The notes under the pieces: generated by a model
The model's database searches: none
What the model was told of the DNA's origin: nothing
The model's input: the letters and a program-made list of their open reading frames with translations, nothing else
Shown here: positions 19,896 to 26,290 of the stretch, piece by piece
How the letters are laid out: every line of letters begins with the position of its first letter
Numbering within the stretch: the first letter of the stretch is position 1
Translations under genes and position numbers: made by a program
Source of the DNA: a virus
Taxonomy: Duplodnaviria; Caudoviricetes
Direction: 5' to 3' (one strand)
DNA: 39,644 nucleotides
Virus record (IMG/VR): IMGVR_UViG_3300031954_000030
Coordinates: 1-39,644 of that record

Positions 19896-20127
19896 CGTGG
19901 CCGAGCGTGCCATCCGCTCCGCCGCCCAAGGTGTACTCGCCGCCCTCGGCGTCGGGACAGCGACGTTCGATCCCGGCGGCCTGCCCTGGCTGGATGCCCT
20001 CTACATCGGCGCCGTGTCCGCTGCCCTGTCCGTGCTGATGTCGCTGGCCGGCCGCAAGATCGGCGACCCTAAAACTGGAAGCTGGCAGCCGTCACCCAAT
20101 CTCAGCTCGCGGGTGATCCCTATCTGA
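19861..20127 (+). CDS. Holin (r1t-like)
   Basis: YWRDVAERAIRSAAQ...AALSVLMSLAG with two hydrophobic segments. Confidence 0.8.
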   Translation: MSATGRTAYWRDVAERAIRSAAQGVLAALGVGTATFDPGGLPWLDALYIGAVSAALSVLMSLAGRKIGDPKTGSWQPSPNLSSRVIPI

Positions 20128-20144
20128 TCGGCGGTGCGGCACGG

Positions 20145-21857
20145 CTAGATCCGACCGGCGGCGAAATCGCTTAGGACTTGCGGCACCGAAGTGTCGAAGC
20201 CAGCAACGTCCATCTGACGTGGATCTTCAGGGTTGGCAATACTTGTGCCAGTTGCTGTCATCGCTACGACAGCCAGGCTGACATCATGGCCGATCATGTT
20301 TCGGTACTGGTCAAGAGCCTGCCAAGGATGGATGTTGCCGAACCACGTCTCGTTGTCCGTGTAAATTTGGATTGCCGAGAAGTCGAGTTTGTTCTTCATC
20401 GCATAAACCATCGGCAAAGAGCAATCTGTTCTTCCGAATCCCAGCCCGGCCATGTAGGTGCACACATCGTCGAGGCGCCGGCGCGGTGTGATGTCCAGCC
20501 GCGCGGCCACCGAGGACTGGGTGCCCCAGCCCATGCCGTAGTGGTTGGTGCGGGTGCCGTCGGAGAAGCCGATGATGTCGGCGTTGCGCTCGACGTTCAG
20601 GCTCACCAGACTCAGCGCCGCGCACACCTCCCGGCAGGAGATCGGCAACCCGCCGGCCGGCGAACCCATCGAACCCGACACGTCGCAGGCCAGCAGCATC
20701 GACTTGCCGGACGGCTCGACGGCGCCGTAAGCGGCGTAGAACGCGGCGTCCAGCGCGTCGGTGATCTTCGGTGTCGGCTCCCAGGTGGAGTCGCCGCGCA
20801 CCGAGCGGGCCGACGCGTAGGTGCGCTGCGCGACCAGCACGTTGATCGGATGCACCCGGCCCTGCTTGAGTTTCTGCGGGTCGGCCAGCTGCGCGGCGAT
20901 CACCCCGCCGGTCTTGCCGGTGGTCAAACCCAGCCGGGTCAGCCGCGGCAGCTGACGCATCAACGCGGTCTGCGGCATCCCCTTACCGATCAACGCCTCC
21001 CACACCAGCGCCTCACCCAGCAGCTTGTCGGGCAGCATCTCCCACGACAGGTCATGCTCGCCGATCAGGTTCACCGCAGCCAACGCGGACGCGTTCTGCA
21101 CCTGCTCGTAGGCGCCGACCAGATCGGGCAACGCCGAATCGGCTTCGCCCAGGTGATAATTGCTGACGCGGTGGCTGTTGACGATCCGCAGGACATGCTC
21201 GTCATCGCGGCCGGTCATCGTGTCGACGATGTAGCGGTACAGCCTGTCGCGCACCGCCTCAACCGGGCGGGGATGGCTCAACGCGAGCAGGTCGGCGTGC
21301 CGCCAACCTTCACGCTGCCGGTACTTGAGGATCTGGTAAGTGAGCCGGTCGACGTCCTTGCCGTTGTACCAGCGGGCGACAGCCTTGACCAGCGCGGGAC
21401 CCCAGCCGCGGAACTGCTCCACATACCCGGCGAACAAAAACATGTGGCTGCCGGTGCGGCACACCGCGGGCAGCTTGGACAGCGCGTAGGCGCGGCCCGC
21501 CTGGTCGGCCTCCGACGCGGCGATCGCCAGCGCGAAGATCGCCGGGTTCACCTTGGGTGCGCGCCCCGCTGTGGAGACCGCGACGATCTCATCGACCAGC
21601 GCGGTCGGGTTGCTCTGCGCCAGCCGCAGCACCACCTCGGCGTTGTCGCGGGTCAGCTCGGGAGCCGACGTGTAGTAGGTGCCGCCGGTGGTCCCGATTG
21701 TCAAGAAGCGGCGCAGCCGGGCCATGTCGTCGATCGCGAACACGTAGCCGCCGGCGGCGTTGCGCACCGTCGCCGCCCCGGCGGGCGCCGACTGCGGCGT
21801 GGCCTTGGTGGAGAAGCCCTTGAGGGCGTCCGCTGTTGCGCGTGTGTGGATAGCCAT
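20145..21857 (-). CDS. rsr: Ro60/Rsr Y-RNA-binding protein (TROVE + vWA)
   Basis: NAAGGYVF, RLRRFLTIG..GGTYY, KYRQREGW.H.DLL.LSHP, RVHP, and vWA MIDAS residues DVSGSM...T...TDNE. SD AAGGAAAGGA upstream. Confidence 0.95.
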   Translation of the reverse strand: MAIHTRATADALKGFSTKATPQSAPAGAATVRNAAGGYVFAIDDMARLRRFLTIGTTGGTYYTSAPELTRDNAEVVLRLAQSNPTALVDEIVAVSTAGRAPKVNPAIFALAIAASEADQAGRAYALSKLPAVCRTGSHMFLFAGYVEQFRGWGPALVKAVARWYNGKDVDRLTYQILKYRQREGWRHADLLALSHPRPVEAVRDRLYRYIVDTMTGRDDEHVLRIVNSHRVSNYHLGEADSALPDLVGAYEQVQNASALAAVNLIGEHDLSWEMLPDKLLGEALVWEALIGKGMPQTALMRQLPRLTRLGLTTGKTGGVIAAQLADPQKLKQGRVHPINVLVAQRTYASARSVRGDSTWEPTPKITDALDAAFYAAYGAVEPSGKSMLLACDVSGSMGSPAGGLPISCREVCAALSLVSLNVERNADIIGFSDGTRTNHYGMGWGTQSSVAARLDITPRRRLDDVCTYMAGLGFGRTDCSLPMVYAMKNKLDFSAIQIYTDNETWFGNIHPWQALDQYRNMIGHDVSLAVVAMTATGTSIANPEDPRQMDVAGFDTSVPQVLSDFAAGRI

Positions 21858-21877
21858 GCGTTTCCTTTCCTTGTTGG

Positions 21878-21954
21878 GGCGTGGGCGAAGTTGTTTCGAC
21901 CGGCACTTGGATTCTCCTAAGGAAAAGGTAACCGACCAGAATCCGGCTCACGCC
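21878..21954 (-). ncRNA. Y-RNA-like unit E (77 nt, small hairpin module)
   Basis: GGCGUG-AGCCG...CGGUUACCU-[UUUCCUUAGGAGAAUCCAAGUG]-CCGGUC...CUUCGCC-CACGCC. Ends 20 nt before the Ro60 ATG. Confidence 0.75.
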
Positions 21955-21965
21955 AACACTTTTGG

Positions 21966-22028
21966 GGCACGGGCGAAGAAGGTGCGACCGCATCAATGCC
22001 AGATAAGCGACCGCGAACGGCTCGTACC
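21966..22028 (-). ncRNA. Y-RNA-like unit D (63 nt, minimal)
   Basis: GGUACG-AGCCG...CGCUUAUCU-[GGCAUUGAU]-GCGGUC...CUUCGCC-CGUGCC. Compensatory CGC/GCG pair replaces CGG/CCG. Confidence 0.72.
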
Positions 22029-22038
22029 ACAAGTTTCA

Positions 22039-22185
22039 GGGTCTGGGCGAAGTTCAGGCTCCGGCGCGGGTCCGGCGAAGCCGGCCACCGGGTTGCCCCG
22101 GCCAGAGGTACTTGCCCTGTCCTCCTAGCGTTTACGGTCCGCTCGACCTGGTGACAGATAACCGAAGACCTATCGGCTCAGACCC
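22039..22185 (-). ncRNA. Y-RNA-like unit C (147 nt, non-tRNA multi-hairpin module)
   Basis: GGGUCUG-AGCCG...CGGUUAUCU-[GGUC...four hairpins...GACC]-CCGG...CUUCGCC-CAGACCC. Confidence 0.75.
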
Positions 22186-22194
22186 GTGGTTTCG

Positions 22195-22340
22195 GGTGGG
22201 GGGCGAAGGGGTTGGTGACCGGAAAGGGCTTACGCCCATGCGACTTAGGCCACTCGTCCACAGCCCGAAGGCTGGCGGGATTCGAACCCGCGCTCTCACT
22301 TTTGCAGAAAGATAACCAATCACACGGTCGGCTCCCCACC
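22195..22340 (-). ncRNA. yrlA: YrlA-type Y RNA, unit B (146 nt, circularly permuted tRNA mimic)
   Basis: The scaffold encloses, in order, a T arm GCGGG-UUCGAAU-CCCGC, an acceptor-like hairpin CAGCC-UUCG-GGCUG and a D arm GAC-GAGUGGCCUAA-GUC. This is the YrlA arm order. Confidence 0.88.
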
Positions 22341-22351
22341 ACAGTTCTAGG

Positions 22352-22459
22352 GGCGCGGGCGAAGAAATGACAACCGGACTGCGGGATTGAACCGCAAACC
22401 GGCCCCTGCACGGGGCTGATTCCGAACCAAAGGTAACCGACCATCTGCCGGCTCGCGCC
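22352..22459 (-). ncRNA. Y-RNA-like unit A (108 nt, non-permuted tRNA-like module)
   Basis: GGCGCG-AGCCG...CGGUUACCU-[UGGUU-CGG-AAUCA, GCCCC-GUGCA-GGGGC, CGGUU, UGCGG-UUCAAUC-CCGCA]-CCGGUU...CUUCGCC-CGCGCC. Confidence 0.78.
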
Positions 22460-22511
22460 ACCCTATGAAATTCTCAAACGACACGGCTGTAACTAACACG
22501 CAGCGCATACC

Positions 22512-22751
22512 TGTATACCCCTTTCCACCCCGGAGGTGCAATGCATTTTCCGCGTGTCGCGTGCTTTTGCTCATCCGGTCGGGTAGATCCCACTGGGGGA
22601 TCAGCCACCCTTCGCTGTTCTCAACAATCATGCAACGAGCATTGCACATTGGGGCGGGTTTGTTCAACCACGACACGCCCCACACCCCAACCCCACGACA
22701 CGCCCCCAATACGATTGCATCACACCACCTAAAGTGCAATGCTCAACAACC
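22512..22751. promoter_or_regulatory. Divergent promoter/operator region
   Basis: GTGCAATGCTC at 22734-22744 (+) and 22637-22647 (-), GTGCAATGC at 22536-22544, and direct repeat CCACGACACGCCCC at 22668-22681 and 22693-22706. Weak leftward candidate TTGCAC-N18-TATACA at 22541-22512. Confidence 0.55.
22540..22631 (-). pseudogene. Truncated N-terminus of an XRE-type immunity repressor (putative)
   Basis: MIVENSEGWLIPQWDLPDRMSKSTRHA resembles the IPxWxLxDRLRKAR start of mycobacteriophage repressors. It is divergent from the HTH gene and no HTH follows. The end coordinate is approximate. Confidence 0.5.
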
Positions 22752-22946
22752 ATGCCGAAGCACCGCATCGATCTCATCGGCTCCGCCGAAGCAGCGCAAC
22801 TCCTCGGCATCGACAAACCCACGCTGACCCGCTGGGTCAAAGCCGGCCGCGTCAAAGCCGCCCACAAATTCCCCGGCAAAAACGGGGCCTTCATCTTCCA
22901 CCGCGCCGACATCAACGCCCTCGCCAACGAAAGAAGCGCCTCATGA
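22752..22946 (+). CDS. HTH DNA-binding protein (Cro/excisionase-like)
   Basis: LIGSAEAAQLLGIDKPTLTRWVKAGRV...FHRADINAL, a MerR-like winged HTH. First rightward early gene. Confidence 0.82.
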   Translation: MPKHRIDLIGSAEAAQLLGIDKPTLTRWVKAGRVKAAHKFPGKNGAFIFHRADINALANERSAS

Positions 22947-23092
22947 CTGACGAAGACTTCGCCGCCGCCCTCCTCGACCTCCACCAATCCGCCAAAACCA
23001 TCCTCGACACCCAACCCCCACACACCTCCGTCCAACGATGGCTCTCAGACCCCACCATCGCCGAACAACTACTCAACGACGACGACGACTAG
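22943..23092 (+). CDS. Hypothetical protein
   Basis: ATGA overlap. MTDEDFAAALLDL... Confidence 0.55.
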   Translation: MTDEDFAAALLDLHQSAKTILDTQPPHTSVQRWLSDPTIAEQLLNDDDD

Positions 23093-23094
23093 CC

Positions 23095-23277
23095 ATGGCA
23101 ACAGAGCTATGTCCCGTCTGCGCGCAACACCTTCCGCGCTGCCCAGTCTGCCGCAACCCCGTCCTCCCCAAACGCTGCAACCCCAACGGCAACATCGACC
23201 AACACCTCGACAAAGCCGGACGCCAATGCAAAGCCGCCGGCCTGCCCTACCGACTCACCGAACCCCCGGCCGCATGA
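23095..23277 (+). CDS. Small Cys/His-rich (Zn-binding) protein
   Basis: CPVC...CPVC...H..C motifs. Confidence 0.55.
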   Translation: MATELCPVCAQHLPRCPVCRNPVLPKRCNPNGNIDQHLDKAGRQCKAAGLPYRLTEPPAA

Positions 23278-23882
23278 GCCGCCGACCGTTGCTTCTAGAT
23301 CTCTTCTCAGGAGCGGGCGGCGCAGCAATGGGCTACCACCGCGCAGGCTTCGACGTGATCGGCGTCGACATCACCGAACAGCCCAACTATCCCTACGACT
23401 TCGTCCAAGGTGACGCCCTGCAATGGCTCAACAGCGGCATCCCATCCGCCATCACCGCCATCCACGCCTCACCCCCCTGCCAGTTCTACGCCAACGTCAC
23501 CGCCTGGCGCGGCGAACCCGACAACCACGCCAACCTGATCCCCGCCACCCGCCAAGCACTGGAAAACACCGGCAGGCCTTGGGTGATCGAGAACGTACCC
23601 GAAGCCCCCCTACGCCCCGACTACCTGCTCTGCGGCTCCATGTTCGGACTCAACATCAAACGACACCGCGCCTTCGAAACCTCCTGGCACGCCCACCAAT
23701 TCACCTCACCGTGCTCGCACCACCGCGACCTGCTGCCGTTCATGCACAAAGGCGAACGCGCCTACGCCGATGCACTCGGATGCTATTGGATGACCAGCCG
23801 GGAAGCCCGCGAAGCCGTACCCCCCGTCTACACCGAATACATCGGCGCTCAACTCCTCACCACCATTAAGGACGCCGCATGA
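23274..23882 (+). CDS. DNA cytosine-C5 methyltransferase (compact)
   Basis: Motif I LDLFSGAGG, motif IV SPPCQ, motif VI IENV, motif VIII-like RHR.F, motif X-like EAVPP. Confidence 0.85.
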   Translation: MSRRPLLLDLFSGAGGAAMGYHRAGFDVIGVDITEQPNYPYDFVQGDALQWLNSGIPSAITAIHASPPCQFYANVTAWRGEPDNHANLIPATRQALENTGRPWVIENVPEAPLRPDYLLCGSMFGLNIKRHRAFETSWHAHQFTSPCSHHRDLLPFMHKGERAYADALGCYWMTSREAREAVPPVYTEYIGAQLLTTIKDAA

Positions 23883-24694
23883 CCAAATACTGCCCACCCA
23901 TCCGCCGCATCACCCGCGGCAAAAACCACCACTACGAAGACGCCGACGGCCGCCGCGTCCCCGGCGTCACCACCATCCTCGGATCTGGCCTGCCCAAGCC
24001 CCAACTGATCAACTGGGCCGGAACCGCCACAGCCCAAGGCGCAGTAGACAACTGGGACACCCTATCTGAACTGCCCCCAGCCGCACGCCTCAAAGCACTC
24101 GAAAACATCCGCTACGAAGTCACCAACAAAGCCAAAAACCGCGGCACCCAAGTCCATTTGTACGCCGAAGCATTGGTACAGGGCATCGAAGTCAAAGGCG
24201 TCCCCGACGAACTGCGGCCCTACGTCGAGAACTATGTGCGTTTCATCGACGCCTGGAAACTCGACCCAATTTTGGTCGAAGTCGTGATCGCAAATTACAC
24301 ATACGGATTCGCAGGGACATTGGATCTGGTGGCCGATCTCACCGGACCCACCGGCGAACGCGAACGCTACCTGCTGGACATCAAAACCGGGGAGAAAGGC
24401 ATCTACGCCGAAACCGCACTTCAGTTGAGCGCCTATAGATTCGCCGAGTTCTACCTCGACACCGACGGCAACGAACAACCCATGATCCCCGTCGACAACA
24501 CCGGCGCGATCCACGTCACCGCCGACGACGCCCAACTCATCCCCACCGTCAGCGAACGCGAGCAGTTGCAGATATTCAGGATCGCTCAAAAGGTTTACGA
24601 ATTCGATAAAGACAAGGATGGGTTGATACTTCCTGCCTTGCGGCTGCCTACCAACTCGACTGCCAGCATCATCTGGGATGGTGACCATGAGTGA
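23879..24694 (+). CDS. PD-(D/E)XK exonuclease (RecE/Cas4-like)
   Basis: VPGVTTIL, RGTQVH, FAGTLD...LLDIKTG, LQLSAY. Confidence 0.82.
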   Translation: MTKYCPPIRRITRGKNHHYEDADGRRVPGVTTILGSGLPKPQLINWAGTATAQGAVDNWDTLSELPPAARLKALENIRYEVTNKAKNRGTQVHLYAEALVQGIEVKGVPDELRPYVENYVRFIDAWKLDPILVEVVIANYTYGFAGTLDLVADLTGPTGERERYLLDIKTGEKGIYAETALQLSAYRFAEFYLDTDGNEQPMIPVDNTGAIHVTADDAQLIPTVSEREQLQIFRIAQKVYEFDKDKDGLILPALRLPTNSTASIIWDGDHE

Positions 24695-25169
24695 CGATGT
24701 CCTCGAACGCGTCCTGAATCGGATCATGGTGTCCGACACCGACTGCTGGGAGTTTCAGGGCTGCCGACTCAAGTCCGGCTATGGACGAGTCGGATGGAAC
24801 GGGCGGTTATGGCTCACCCACCGCATCACTTACACCTTTCTCGTCGGTGACATCCCTGACGATCTTGAGATTGATCATCTCTGCAAGAACAAACCATGTT
24901 GCAACCCAGAGCATTTAGAACCAGTAACGCGTTCAGAGAATATTCGTCGTGGGACACAGTGGCATCACACTGTTGAACGCGAATCCAGCAAGACTCGTTG
25001 CCCGCGGGGTCACCAGTACGACCAGATCAACACCTATATCACGGCAAAGGGGCATCGACAGTGTCGTTTATGCAAGCGCATTGCGGGCCAAAAATATGCC
25101 GCATCGCATCGTGGTGTCATCGCAGAACGCTCCCGTGAATGGCGCGCAAAGCAAAGGGTCACACCGTGA
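24687..25169 (+). CDS. HNH homing endonuclease
   Basis: CWEFQG...GYG...HR...IDHLCKNKPCCNPEHLEPVT..EN, followed by CPRGH...RQCRLC. Confidence 0.88.
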   Translation: MSDDVLERVLNRIMVSDTDCWEFQGCRLKSGYGRVGWNGRLWLTHRITYTFLVGDIPDDLEIDHLCKNKPCCNPEHLEPVTRSENIRRGTQWHHTVERESSKTRCPRGHQYDQINTYITAKGHRQCRLCKRIAGQKYAASHRGVIAERSREWRAKQRVTP

Positions 25170-26290
25170 CTGATCTGGAACGCTGGCGAGACGAGATGCT
25201 GCCAACCCCAATGCGGCAGATTGACCTCACCCAGTGGGCGCAAGAATTCCGCGACGTCTACACCATCGCCGAAGCCTTATGTAAGACCCCGTTCGTGCCC
25301 CGCGAAATGATCGGCCAGCAAGCCTCCGTCGCCGCCGCCATCATGAAAGGCCGCGAACTCGGCCTGGACCCGTTCGACGCGCTGGGCTCCATATATATCG
25401 TGCACGGGAAGGTGGGCTTTTACGCGGAGTTCATGCGCCGCCGCATCGTCCAAGCCGGCCACATTTTGAACATTGTGGAGTCCACCGAAACCCGCTGCAT
25501 CATCGAAGGCACCCGCAAAGACACCGGCCAAAAACACCGCGCCCAATTCACCGCCGAACAAGCCCGCAAAGCCGGCATCGACCTCGGCAAATACCCGGCA
25601 GATAAACTGATTGCCCGCGCCACCTCGAGGCTGTGCACCCAGGCGTTTCCCGACGTCTTGTCGGGCACGCTGATTGCTGAGGATTTGATCGACGGCGTCA
25701 TCCCCGCCGACACCGACCAACCAGCCCCCGCAGAGCAGCTCGAGCGGCCGGCGGTGCAACGCCGACGCCCCACCAAACCCGCCAAAGCCACCCGCACCCA
25801 ACCTAAACCAATGCCCGCAGCATCCCCCACTGAGACTGATGACGAACTCGCCGAACTCCTCGGCGACACCCCCACCCCCCAGCCGGCGGCGCCGGAACCA
25901 GAACTCCTCCCTGTTCACTCCGACGCCGCCCCCCACACCGCCCCAGAGGAAGAGGGTGGCGACCGGCCCACACCCCACGACGACCATGGTGTGGGCCAAC
26001 CGCCACCCGACCCGCCGGCCACAGCGCCACAAAACCGCCGAATGCACGCCATCTTCCGCCAACTCGGACTCACCGACCGCACAGACCGACTCACAGTGAC
26101 ATCCCACATCCTCGGCTACCCCCTCACCACCTCAGCCGGACTCACCCGCAACGAAGCAACCCAACTCCTCGACCAACTCGAAACCTGGCAAATCCACAAC
26201 GAAGCCGACGAACGCATCAACGACATCCTCAACACCGCCGCACTAGCCGAAGCCCAACAAGACGAACAGGACACCACCGATGGGCTGTGA
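25166..26290 (+). CDS. RecT/ERF-like single-strand annealing protein
   Basis: TPFVP...AAIMKGRELGLDP...IYIVHGK...KYPADKLIARA...FPDVLSG. Adjacent to the exonuclease. Confidence 0.75.
   Translation: MTDLERWRDEMLPTPMRQIDLTQWAQEFRDVYTIAEALCKTPFVPREMIGQQASVAAAIMKGRELGLDPFDALGSIYIVHGKVGFYAEFMRRRIVQAGHILNIVESTETRCIIEGTRKDTGQKHRAQFTAEQARKAGIDLGKYPADKLIARATSRLCTQAFPDVLSGTLIAEDLIDGVIPADTDQPAPAEQLERPAVQRRRPTKPAKATRTQPKPMPAASPTETDDELAELLGDTPTPQPAAPEPELLPVHSDAAPHTAPEEEGGDRPTPHDDHGVGQPPPDPPATAPQNRRMHAIFRQLGLTDRTDRLTVTSHILGYPLTTSAGLTRNEATQLLDQLETWQIHNEADERINDILNTAALAEAQQDEQDTTDGL

Noticed and set aside
20128-20144. Terminator between the convergent holin and Ro60 genes
   Set aside because: Only 17 bp, with no convincing hairpin or U tract.
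20178-21920. 580-aa plus-strand ORF
   Set aside because: Antisense shadow of the GC-rich Ro60 gene with no recognisable motifs.
21875-21965. CCA directly after the 3' stems of units D and E, as possible tRNA-like ends
   Set aside because: Absent from units A, B and C, and easily due to chance in C-rich stem ends.
22241-22310. Canonical tRNA gene suggested by a perfect T arm and D arm
   Set aside because: The arms are in permuted order (T, closed acceptor hairpin, D) with no free acceptor end or CCA. This fits YrlA, not a tRNA.
21878-22459. CRISPR array
   Set aside because: The repeated elements are short bipartite motifs that pair around inserts of very unequal length, about 9 to 95 nt. 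There are no identical 23-47 bp repeats and no cas operon.
21878-22459. Plus-strand transcription of the units (plus strand shows GGCGAAG, matching the bacterial Y RNA motif GNCGAAN0-1G as I recall it, and turns a conserved A-C mismatch into G-U)
   Set aside because: The T loops, D loop, C(UUCG)G and GNRA tetraloops and several U-G wobbles read correctly only on the minus strand, co-oriented with Ro60. Strand-specific RNA-seq would settle it.
22132-22461. ORFs overlapping the RNA array (22132..22461, 22178..22444, 22112..22315)
   Set aside because: No SD, protein motifs or codon bias. The region is better explained by structured RNAs.
23879-24694. cas4 as part of a CRISPR system
   Set aside because: Sits beside a RecT-like gene as a phage recombination exonuclease. 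No other cas genes are present.
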